Position numbers and translations under genes: made by a program. This document shows positions 24,358 to 35,864 of a stretch of 64,000 nucleotides of DNA, piece by piece. The notes beneath the pieces were generated by a model. The model made no database searches, had not been told where the DNA came from, and saw only the letters and a program-made list of their open reading frames with translations. Source of the DNA: Selaginella moellendorffii (lineage: Eukaryota > Plantae > Lycopodiophyta); NCBI RefSeq assembly GCF_000143415.4, contig NW_003314352.1, positions 488,278 to 552,277 of the forward strand, read 5' to 3'. Within the stretch, counting starts at the first letter, position 1, and every line of letters starts with the position of its first letter.

Positions 24358-27300
24358 TATAGTAGGGGGAGGACTGCAGTGGAGCCAGTTTGGCCAGGAA
24401 AGGCCAGTTTGGCCCAGGAAGGCCGGACCCAGTGTTGGGTGATGAGCTGCCCACTGGGAAGTCCAAGACTAGAGTGAACACGGACCGACAAGCGGGGTAG
24501 CTTGGTGAAGTGTTCAAGAGCCAGCTCTAGTTCCCCCGGGAGATCGACTGGCCGATGCTCCCAGTCCAAGTGTGGGTGGCACTACCTACTTGGATACCAG
24601 GTGTGGCTCAACGGAACCTCGCTCTAAGCCCATGGCTAGAGCACCTAAAGGCGAAAGGCGGGGAGAGTACCCAGGTGGCTCGCGTAAGGCCACGGTGTTC
24701 CGAAATGTTGTCCCAAAGGCCTAGACTGTGGAAAGGAAGAGGAGCAGTCCTCTGGGGTAGTGACCAAGGACACAGTCGGGTGGTGAGGAAGTCCCAGAGG
24801 ACCATGGGACTTAGTGGTCGGGCCTGTGGGCCTCGATCCAGTGGCAGTGTTGGCAAACACGGCTAGGGGCAAAAAGGGACTTGGTAGGAATTGACAAAGG
24901 GACTTTGGGGAAGGCGATTCCCCAGGTCTGTGGGCATCCTAAGGATGCTAAGGAGTGGATCTAGGATGACCACTCGTGGACCGATGGCCCAGTCTTGGAG
25001 AGACGGGATGGTGATGCAAGTGGTATTGGACCACTAGTGCAGCAAAGGTGAATGGGCATGGCCTTAGCGTAACGGGCCGAGATGTCAGTGGTACCTTTGG
25101 GTGTCGGTCTTGGGACCGGACACGTGGAGCACTTGGACCAGGTGCAAGTGTTGAGTGGCATGGATGCCATTCTTGGGGCTAGCAAGTCCAAGTCCTGAAT
25201 TGGACTTAAGGAGGTTGTGAGTGAGACTCCTCCAAGTGGTCGAAGGTGTGGTTAAGTGACTAAAGTAGAATGGAAAAATTAGTCGCTTACAATTTGGTAT
25301 CAGAGCTGTTCCTTAGTCCGACTTTTATTGGTGCTCAAGTATATCACCACTAGTGTTGGCATCGGAAGGTCCGAGGAGTGGGCCTATCCTTAAGGAGTAG
25401 CAAGTCGGGAAGACATGGCTCTCCATTACAGTTCATGTGTGAACTTGTAGACGAGGTGGTGGATAGAAAAGGGCCAATAATGGAACGACTTTGGGATCTT
25501 GGGAACAATGCAAGGTTTTCCTCATTGAGTTGAGGATGTGATCCGGATGAGCATTTGTCTCAGCAAATTGGCTTAGGTTGTTGTGGTAAACAACTAAAGT
25601 TGGGATCACGGGAAAGATAGAGACTCCAAAACAATAAAGGAGTCACAAGATTATCCTCATATAGTTGAGGTTGGTGCTCATGAATGTGAGACCAAAGGTA
25701 ATGACCGTGGAAGGTCAAATACGGAAGAGGACTCAAATCCTTGAAATGGTAGCTGGGGCTACCTCTAATAAATGCTGGAACAACCCAAGGAGTTGGGGGT
25801 GTATTAAGTGGATGAGTTGGTATTCTCATCACATGGACAAGTAGTCCTAAGGGGCAAAGGTTGCCCCCAGATAACAAAATCAAGTGTCGGAGTAACACTT
25901 GTGAAAATAGTCCTTTTGAGTAGGACCGGAATGCAAGAAGGGTATTCCAGTGAGCTAGTGCCTCACAAGTAGGACCTTACGGGTCTGTGGATTAACCAAG
26001 TCCAAAACTGCCGGATGACTCAAGTAGAGTCAAGCGATGGTCCTAAAAGGACTGATGGAAGCATTTGGACTGAGGTGTGTTGTACCCCACAAAGGATGGG
26101 GGGGATCATAGGATCCAAGGATGAGAACAGAGGGTATCTCATCGATGGCAAAATGTGCCATGCTAAAGTTATGGGAAAGGTGTTCCCAGAAGAAAACAAC
26201 TCTGACATAAAGTTGTGTGTGATCTCTATGGTGCAGTGCTAACGGATGGTTGGCATGAGAAAGAGCGGTGTTGGTCTTGGCAAAGACTTAGACACGAAGG
26301 GGAAATGTCATAGAGGTAGGCTCGTGGAGCCGATGGTGTGAAGACACCAAATGTGCCAAGGTGTGATACCTTGAGGCTATGTTGGTGGGTTCATGAGAAC
26401 CCCTTGCCAAAGGAATCCCAATGGAAATGGGAATAGCATAGCCTAAGCTGCAGAGCATGCAGTTGGAGTGTGGTGACCCAGATAATGATGGAGGTGTGAA
26501 AGCACCAAGCAATGAGTTGTAGGACTTGACAACTATGAGGCAACTAAGCAAGAGGTGCAAAATAACTGGTTAAACGGGTAGAAGGTAGCTACCCAAGACT
26601 TCTTAATAGCATAAGGAAGTTGGATATACCCTTACGGGGGATAAGTTGCTTATGTTGCGATATAGTAAGTTAATGTCATAAAAGGAAATACTCATTGTCA
26701 AGAAAGCCATCATTGGGACACCCGGACACTCTAGAACACCAGAAGGTGGTGTTTGATGTCGCGAGGGCAATGGATAAAGCCCAAGGGACTAAGTCCCTAG
26801 CGAATGATGGATAGAAGGTGCTATCCAAATGTCCAAGGTTGCGGAGACAGGAGAGGACTGTCTACCCGAATTGGACAAAGCCAAAAATGGAATTTTGGCA
26901 AGGCTAGTGATGGGCATGTAAAGGCCCATAAGCAACAATGTAATCCCAGTGTGTGGGATTATAAGGTGAGCATACCCGGATTGAGGAACCACTCCCTAGG
27001 CTATTGGGTAGGTCCATCCCTAATAATACTTGCTAAAGCATGACAGAAAGTGCAAAGCTATCCTCCTAGTCTGGAGGAGAATGACCGAAGGAAAGGTGTG
27101 AAGCCAAAAGCAAGTAGTATTGGGATGGAATTGAACCATAGAAATCAAAGGGCATATCCAACAGTGGTTATGAAAGTTGGGAGTGGAGAATCAAGAGGGT
27201 GCTCGAGGATGTTGTTGCTAGCAACCGTGATGCCATGGAGAGTCTAAAATATGGAATTGTCCATGTTAGACTATATGGCAACTATAAAGCTTGCGAAAAG

Positions 27301-27775
27301 GGAGGCCTTAGCAAGCTGAGGGACAGAGTTCCTTCAAGGTTCCCAAAGACGATTCTAGGTAGCGTAGTACCTAGAAAGGCCAAGTGTAAATGGTTCATGG
27401 AACGCGCGAAATCAGAGTGGCGCAGCAGAAGCGTGGTCTTGAAGCTTGCCATGAGGCAAGGTTATCAAGGTTAGGGAAGTAGTTCCCGAGTGTTCAAAGA
27501 GAGGGCTTTGAACGAAAGTCGATGGTCAAGGACTTTCACGCTTATGCAGGAACCATGTTACAATGGTCGGAGGACTTGCCAAGTGAGATTGGCACGTCGG
27601 GGGAACAAAGACCCTAGTTGAAGGTGATAACTTCAAAAAGGGTGGGCCATGGGGCCGAGCATGGAGGAGTCCATGCATGATCACAGACATGTCAAGTGAG
27701 AGGACTTGGCAGTGTGGAGGAACTAGGTTCCTAAGCTGTGATCTGTAGCGCGCTTTAAAAATAGGTTGGTGCACC

Positions 27776-27890
27776 GGCGTGGGGAGTCACGCCAGGCATC
27801 TAGTGTGATGCCGTCCGTAGATGCATATACGGAGGTTGGGTTCGAGTCCCGACCCTCTAGTGCTTGGGTTCGAGTCCCAAATCACTAGGG
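27776..27890 (+). ncRNA. Cassette of five consecutive hairpins, two with tRNA T-arm/B-box loops, inside the LARD
   Basis: GGCGTG-GGGAGT-CACGCC; GGCATC-TAGTGT-GATGCC; TCCGTA-GATGCATA-TACGGA; GGTTGGG-TTCGAGT-CCCGACC; CTAGTG.TTGGG-TTCGAGT-CCCAA..CACTAG. Confidence 0.6.
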
Positions 27891-30800
27891 CGTGGTGATG
27901 GTTTGGAATATGAGGACACTCATATTTCGGTGGTCATGGACTCTCAGTGGGGAGACTGGTTTGGGCACACCGCCAAGCGAGGGATGCCTCAGAGTCGTGA
28001 TGCACGGTTAGATTGCTTAGTGTGAAAGCTCAGCATATCTAACTTGAACACTTTGGTGCAAGTGGCACCAAGGTCGTGGTGAGTGAGATGGGGACACCTA
28101 ATCTCAGTTGCTATGAACCCTTGGCCGTAAGGGCTAGCTTGGGTGCACCGCCAAGTGTGGGGGATGCCCCCGGGGTTATAGTCAACAACTTGGAGGTCTA
28201 GAAAACCAAGTACCTCTTGGCAACTCTGTTAAGGTGCCAAGGTGAGATCACTAGGTGATCTTATGGCCAGAAAAGGACAAGGTCCTTGGTTGGCTAAGGA
28301 ATGAAGTTCCTGGTTCAAAATGTTGAAATTGAACTATTTAAGGTGGTGTGGCTTGGTCATGATAACCAAGTGGGAAGAGCACCTAAGGGAAATAAACTAT
28401 GTCCGTGCGATGGCATAGTGAGTCCGAGGAAAGTAGTCTCTATAAAAGACCCATGGGAGGGTCACGAAGTTGGGCCGTGGATAGAGCCCATAGCAGAAGA
28501 TGCTAAAGAGACGTACTAGGGGTGAACATCCTCCGGACTTGGCAAAGAAGAGTCTTTGCTATGGAACCGAAACAATACCTCAAGGAGGGAGGTAGAGATT
28601 CGATGTTGCTTGGTGCAACAATCAACGGATAGGAGCAAAAGATGAGTGGCCAAGATAGGGCCGTGGAATCCCTTGGAAGGAATCCAAGTGACGAAGTTAG
28701 GCGAGGAACACTAATGTGTTGGACGCTAACAAGTTGCGGGAAAGGAAGTGTGTTTCCAAGGAGGGATTCCGAATTGCTCCGATTTGGCGAAAGTGGAAGC
28801 TCCAAGGGAGGGAGCGGTAAGGTAGCCAAATGATAGGGCGATGGACAACCCTAGCACAAAGTGTGATAAATGGAACTTAGTGCCCAAGGTGGCACGAAAT
28901 AGAAGAGAGGATGATGGTGCCCTCAAGTAATGAACTTCCTAGGATAGGGAAGTGGAGTCGCACAATCTGTGCAATGCAAGGTGTTGGAGACACCTAGGAA
29001 ATTGACTCCAAGAAGTCAAAATTCAAAGTTCCAAAGTGCAAAGGTTATATCGATGGAAATTGAGACTACTCGAGAAGGAGTAGTGGGATTGACTTAGAGA
29101 AGGGTCTCTAAGAGGTTTAGCGAGAACTAAACCAATAAAAGGAGAGAACCATTACATGTGGTCCAATTAGTCTCTAAGTTGGAGAGACTACGCTCCTTAA
29201 AGGATGGACAAGGCATGGTGAGCCTTTGATGTCAAACCATAGACAAAGATTGGCTAGGTGCCAAGGATGGAAATGGTAACACGTGTGGGTGTTACTTTAT
29301 GAAAGGGTTTACCGTTCGATGAGGACATCGAACTTCGTCTATGGGTGGTGGAGTTGTGAGACACAAAATCCCTAGGCCCCAAAGTGGAGCCGGAAGGGCG
29401 CCACATGGTAGAGGCCGAAGCGAGAGCCAAACGAGCGTAACACGTTTGGACCAAAAGCTCCGACTTGAAAAGTCAAGAGCAGGAGTGGAACTCCCAACGA
29501 AGTGCTCGAGGAACGAGCACGAAGCGAGCAAAAGGCGAGGCTCCAAAAAGGGGACCCAAAAGGACCAACACATGACACGTGGGAGTGTCCGAGATGGAGT
29601 CCGAAGTGGAGTCCGAAGTGGACCCAAGATGGACCCGAGATGGAGTCCGAGATGGAGTCCGAGATGGAGTCCGAGGTGGACCCGAGATGGACCCGAAATG
29701 GAGTCCGAGATGGAGTCCGAGATGGACCCGAGATGGAGTCCGAGATGGAGTCCGAGATGGAGTCCGAGGTGGACCCAAGATGGACCCGAGATGGAGTCCG
29801 AGATGGAGTCCGAGATGGACCCGAGATGGAGTCCGAGATGGAGTCCGAGATGGACCCGAGATGGACCCGAAATGGAGTCCGAGATGGAGTCCGAAATGGA
29901 GTCCGAGATGGAGTCCAAGATGGACCCGAGATGGAGTCCGAGATGGAGTCCGAGATGGACCCGAGATGGACCCGAGATGGAGTCCGAGATGGAGTCCGAG
30001 ATGGAGTCCGAGATGGAGTCCGAAGTCGAGACCGAGACCGGAACCGAGACCGGGACCGAGACCGAGACCGAGACCGAGATCGGGACCGAGACCGAGACCG
30101 AGGCCGAGGCCAAGACCGAGCCCGAGCCCGAGTCCGAGTCCGAGTCCGAGTCCGAGTCCGAGTCCGAGTCCGAGTCCGAGTCCGAGTCCGAGTCCGGAGC
30201 CTGAGAGGGTGAAAGCCCAAAGCGTTCGTCTCCCAGACCCTGGGGGGTTTGGTGAGCTCCAAAAGTATAGTAGGGGGAGGACTGCAGTGGAGCCAGTTTG
30301 GCCAGGAAAGGCCAGTTTGGCCCAGGAAGGCCGGACCCAGTGTTGGGTGATGAGCTGCCCACTGGGAAGTCCAAGACTAGAGTGAACACGGACCGACAAG
30401 CGGGGTAGCTTGGTGAAGTGTTCAAGAGCCAGCTCTAGTTCCCCCGGGAGATCGACTGGCCGATGCTCCCAGTCCAAGTGTGGGTGGCACTACCTACTTG
30501 GATACCAGGTGTGGCTCAACGGAACCTCGCTCTAAGCCCATGGCTAGAGCACCTAAAGGCGAAAGGCGGGGAGAGTACCCAGGTGGCTCGCGTAAGGCCA
30601 CGGTGTTCCGAAATGTTGTCCCAAAGGCCTAGACTGTGGAAAGGAAGAGGAGCAGTCCTCTGGGGTAGTGACCAAGGACACAGTCGTGTGGTGAGGAAGT
30701 CCCAGAGGACCATGGGACTTAGTGGTCGGGCCTGTGGGCCTCGATCCAGTGGCAGTGTTGGCAAACACGGCTAGGGGCAAAAAGGGACTTGGTAGGAATT

Positions 30801-31441
30801 GACAAAGGGACTTTGGGGAAGGCGATTCCCCAGGTCTGTGGGCATCCTAAGGATGCTAAGGAGTGGATCTAGGATGACCACTCGTGGACCGATGGCCCAG
30901 TCTTGGAGAGACGGGATGGTGATGCAAGTGGTATTGGACCACTAGTGCAGCAAAGGTGAATGGGCATGGCCTTAGCGTAACGGGCCGAGATGTCAGTGGT
31001 ACCTTTGGGTGTCGGTCTTGGGACCGGACACGTGGAGCACTTGGACCAGGTGCAAGTGTTGAGTGGCATGGATGCCATTCTTGGGGCTAGCAAGTCCAAG
31101 TCCTGAATTGGACTTAAGGAGGTTGTGAGTGAGACTCCTCCAAGTGGTCGAAGGTGTGGTTAAGTGACTAAAGTAGAATGGAAAAATTAGTCGCTTACAT
31201 AAAAGTAGAGGGACGAAGAGGTATGGAAGTGAGAGGAATGGATGAAATATAAGGAAGTATGAGACAAAAAGGAGAAGCCTCAAAGTCACATTTGGCATGA
31301 TTGTGCTGCAACCAATCCATACCAAGAATGAGGTCAAAAGCTTGACTTAGCACCACCCGTAATGACTGCAACTCAAGCTCGAGATTGCCCATACGCACAA
31401 CCATGTCTGCCTCATCTTGTGCACATGCATGTGTACGGCCG

Positions 31442-32616
31442 TGTAAGCCATAAATTTTTCCTTTCCAATTTGCTAGCTTACCTCATCTATCTGTCCAACA
31501 CTGCCTTGGCTTTTGCTAAGTTCCCTTGCCAAGGTTCCCGCTTATGGTACTAGCTCCTACTTGGTTCTACTTGGTTTCAGCTACTCACTGCATGAACAAT
31601 GGAGTGTTAGCCATCCATCCACGGATTCCCAAATCTCTCCCAATCCCCCTCCCTGGGTTAGACTGGACTTAAGGTTCAGCTACACTCCCCACAGGCACAA
31701 GCAACCAAGCACACCAAGCCTCCAGGTTCCTAACACCCCTTGGTACCACAAGACTTGATCATGGGACCCTCTAAATCCCAAGTTTTGGGTGCAACACTTG
31801 CTTCGGGACGCTAGGGCAAAACACTGTGGCCTAACGGCCGGATATGGGTACCTCTACCCCCCCACGTCCATCCCGAAGGAAGGCCCAAGCCCCTAGGAAG
31901 GGCAAGGACCAATGAGCCGCATGGTACTCAAGTGGGGCACCACTCCACATGAGTCGGGAGAACCACAATCGATTCCCCTTTCGGGAGTGGGAGCTGCTCT
32001 TGAGCATTTTCTGGGGTAGCCCCTCCGGCACCACCCAAGTCCCTGCTCACTCCCACCCAAGGCCCCTCGGCCCCAATCTCAACCTCAAGTTAGTTTGAAA
32101 GCACCACTGGAGAGTTCCTTCAAGACTGGTTCCTGGACCTCACTATCCCTACTATACTTTTGGAATCCCCTGCAGGCCCCCACCCCCCCCCCCCCCCCTG
32201 CCCTGGGAGACGCACGCTTTGGGCTTTCACCCCTTGACCTGTATTAGTACTCGGACTTAGTCTCGGACTTGATCTTGGACTCAATCTCGGACCCGACTTC
32301 AGACTCGGTCTCGAACTCGATCTCGGACTCGATCTTGGACCTGATCTCGGACTCGATCTTGGACCCGATCTCGGACTCGATCTTGGACCCGATCTTGGAC
32401 TCGACTTCGGACTCAACCTCAGACTCGATCTCGGACCCGATTTGGATCTTGGACTCTGTCTCGAACTCGGTCTCCGATTCGGCCTTGGACTCGATCCTAG
32501 ACTCTATCTCGAACTCGGTCTCAGAGTCGGTCTTGGACTCGATCTTCGACTCGGTCCCATCCGATGAACTCTTTGTTATTTTGGTCATGCTTTCGGGGAT
32601 CCTTTAGCCTACGACA
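31442..32616 (-). mobile_element. Solo LTR of a related family inserted in the gypsy protease region
   Basis: TG...CA termini; end resembles the LARD LTR end; shares the hexamer array and the CCCTACTATACTTTTGGA...GCTTTGGGCTTTCACCC block. No TSD seen. Confidence 0.7.
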
Positions 32617-34238
32617 CCTTGGAGAGTTGTTTCTTTACAGGCCGTTGCCATAAAGAATGAAAACTGGGTCTGCCGCACGACGCAAGTGTAAACGACAACG
32701 TGTGGCAACAGGTCGAGCAATAGAAGATAAACTCAAACCTGTCAACCAACACGGAGAGAATAATAGGAAACCTCTTGTTATAAAAATGAGCTTGGAAAAT
32801 AAACACTGGATGAACCGGTGGCGAGTGAACCCCTTGATGATATTCCCGAAAGAAAGATGGAGGGGTCACTAACTTATTCGCGCAAGGTCCCTCCATTACT
32901 CCCGCGACTCCTCGTTTCCCAGATGCACCACGGTGTCCAAACCTTCCACTGCAGCAGCACGAATGGGACGTTGATGACACCAAGGTCTCCACCCAGGAAA
33001 TGGAGGTCGCCAATCCGGAAAGTGCCGACAATGCCGATAAGTATGACCAACTTCATCACACGCTCAATAATGAACATCACGGCCACGACCACGTCCTTGC
33101 CCTTGTCCTTGGACTCGAGTAGCAGCAGTATCAACCTCCATTGGAATAGGACCATCACTCATAGGAAGTGGAGCTGAAGGACGTGCAGCGAGAAGTGGAA
33201 GAGGTGATGTCTCATAACATTGTGCCAAGCGAAGAGCATTGTCAAAGGTGGTAGGAGAAAGTGCATGCACAAGTCCAACAAGATCTTGACAAAGTGTTGG
33301 CCACAACATTCCTGGCTTGATCTGCTCCGACATATTGGTTTCCGCACGAAGCAAAAGACTTCAAAAACGAACACCAAATTGCATCACCGACTCAGATGGC
33401 CCTTGGCAAAGACGATGCAATTGTTGAAAGGCATCATCACAATCGTCAGCATGTCTGAAGGCACGTTTGAAGACGTCCGGAAGAACACTTCAATCCCCAC
33501 AAGTGGCCGCGCTCAATCCATTGTACCACTGCAATGCCGTCCCTTGGAAACACATGGGAAACTCACGCAAACGTCAAGCATCATCCCAAGAATGATATGT
33601 GGCAATCATCGTGAAGTGATCGAACCAATGGTACACATCATCCCCAGGATTCCCACGAAAGAACTCCGGCCGAACGCAAAGATTGGCACCAAGAGCAAGA
33701 GGAGTTGGACCACGTGCCGTGAATGCCACCATCAATTGAGTTTGGTTATTCAATTGCAAACGCATAGCATCAAGCAATTGGACCAACTGTTACTCTAGAG
33801 TCAAAGAAGGAGATTGCTGATTTGCCATGAAGATGAACGAAAAAAGAAAGAGCAAAAGAAGAGAAATGACAAAAAGCTAGAAGGAAATGGTAGATCTAGA
33901 CAATACAAAAAGCTATATCTAAACCAAAATCCTGAAAGGGAAGAACAAAAGAAAGGAAATGGAAAAAGCTAAATCTAGATGATGCAAAAGTTAGATCTAA
34001 ACCAAAATCCCAAATCCAAACATTCTTTAGGGACAATCAAAAGTGCCCCTCACCTCCACTAATGTGAGTGCATGGAATATGAAAAGGAAATATAGAAATG
34101 TGCATATCAATTAACCCAAAAATCCTAGATTATATACAGGAGCAAGTGGTCCGGATTGAAACCAATCCGACAGCTACTAAAATCCCACTATGCTAATATT
34201 AGTATACGGCATTATAGCCGTACACTTTGGCCCTCACA

Positions 34239-35050
34239 GCCTACATTATCATCAATGATAACAAATTTTCTGACAAAATTCCATACTTTCTTTCACATTT
34301 CAAAGATCTCAAAGTGTTGAGCATGGGTGGAAACAGATTCCATGGACCAATACCTGATTGGTTGTGGAACCTGACCCACCTTTATGTCCTTGACCTCTCC
34401 CACAACAAGTTTGAAGGATATCTTTCAATTATATGCATTCAAACATAACAATGATATTCGTGACACATTAATGCTTATGGTCAAAGGAAGAGAATGACAA
34501 TTTCCATATTTTGATCCATCAAATGCCGTCCTTGATCTGTCATTCAACCAATTGATGGGAGTGATTCCTCTAAGTTTGCATGAGTTGGCTAGACTCCACA
34601 TCCTCAATCTCTCCAATAATCATTTTTTTGGAAACATTCCCCAAACTCTAGGCAAGATAGTATAGCTAGAGAAGCTAGACTTCTCCCTCAACAACATTAC
34701 TATACCCATCCCTGATATACTTCAAGAACTTCATTCATTGTCATCTCTGAATCTTTCATTCAATAGACTTGAAGGCAAGATTCCATTTGGACCCGAGCAG
34801 ATGAGCACAATTAAGATATTTGGAAAATTCAGGCCTGTGTGGAAAGCCACTCAACAAAGAGTGTTGTCCTAGCAACAGCAGCTCCACCTTGCTAGTTTAT
34901 GAGCACTTCCACAGCAGCAACTGGTGGCAGGAAAATGTATTATCATGAGCATTTACACTTGGCTTCATTATTTTGCTGATTTCACTCATATGGACATGCA
35001 CATTTAAAGCACATATATGAGCATATTTACAAGGGGTTAAGGTTTATGGA
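34239..35050 (+). pseudogene. LRR receptor-like protein pseudogene, 3' part
   Basis: LKVLSMGGNRFHGPIPDWLWNLTHLYVLDLSHNKFEG, LDLSFNQLMGVIP, GLCGKPL; stops present; paralog of 39730-40690. Confidence 0.88.
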
Positions 35051-35864
35051 CGAAGACGTTAGTTGGCCTCGATGCGCTCCACTGAATCGTCGGTTAGTAA
35101 TAAGTAGAGTGGGAGCTCTCAAGCTCATCCTCGGCGGCATTTCTGACTTCTATTGCCCCAGGTAGAGCACGAGAGTTTGGAATGGAACAACACACCGGTC
35201 TGGCAAAACAAGGCTGCTCTCAGGTGGCATGGAGCTGGTGTTGGAAGTTGCAGCTCCAATGTTCATGTACCTGGGAGTTCTCAAGAGACAAGGGTGGCAA
35301 AAGATCACTTCCGACACTGGTAGAACAGGACCAGATGATTGCAAAAACATGCTCAAGCAAGAAGATGAAGATCTTTGAGGTGATATTTCCATGCAAAGCA
35401 GCTGGTGTTCTAAAGGCTGCTGGATATTTACACCAAGAAGAAATTGGCCAAGTAAGTTCTTCTCAATGTCACATCAGTTTTGAAAATGTTTGGTGCTCGT
35501 CCGGGACTCCTTTGATGGACTCCATTCCATTCCCACGACATTGCTATACTACTTGGAGGGCCTTCAATACCTTGAGATCAACTATCCTCAACCTTTAGTT
35601 CAGAGATGGATCCTTTTTCAGCTCACTTATCCTTCAACGGATCACAAACGATCAACGAGTATGTTTTGCTTGTTTCCTGTTCCCTCTGACTTTTATGGCC
35701 CTCAAGCTATGCTAGCTTCGGTTTGAGATGCCAGCCGCTCGCTGTGAAAGCCAAAAGCCAGCAGGCATCCGAGGCTGAGTAAAATCCTCCAGACACAAGA
35801 AAAAAGCTGAAGTAATAGGTGCAACTGCCATCGATTCCTCCAAAGAGACGATAGAACAAGAAAA

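Larger units (their letters stand above)
23572..31199 (+). mobile_element. Young non-autonomous LTR retrotransposon (LARD-type), 7.6 kb
   Basis: 5' LTR 23572-25291 and 3' LTR 29355-31199, both TG...CA and nearly identical; PBS TGGTATCAGAGC at 25295; PPT ATGGGTGGTGGAG; perfect TSD TAAAA; no intact internal ORF. Confidence 0.95.
22669..34238 (-). mobile_element. Decayed Ty3/gypsy retrotransposon (5' LTR 34063-34238, gag, protease, RT; 3' truncated), split by nested insertions
   Basis: LTR TGTGAG...CTCACA with a tRNA-Ala-like PBS (TAGTGGAGGTGAGGGG); gag PEFFRG..WFDHF and GPIPMEVD; protease FDLILGMDWL at ~31300; RT RFCIDYRPLN, FTKLDL, FGLNNA, FIDD, YLGY at 22670-23450. Confidence 0.9.

Noticed and set aside
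23467-24517. Long MESE/RDGV/WSPR-repeat ORFs (also 29292-30477, 32244-32607, 45893-46474, 52700-53352)
   Set aside because: By-product of stop-free hexamer arrays inside LTRs; open on both strands with no domain.
27776-27890. tRNA gene
   Set aside because: No acceptor stem or cloverleaf; only T-arm-like hairpins in series.
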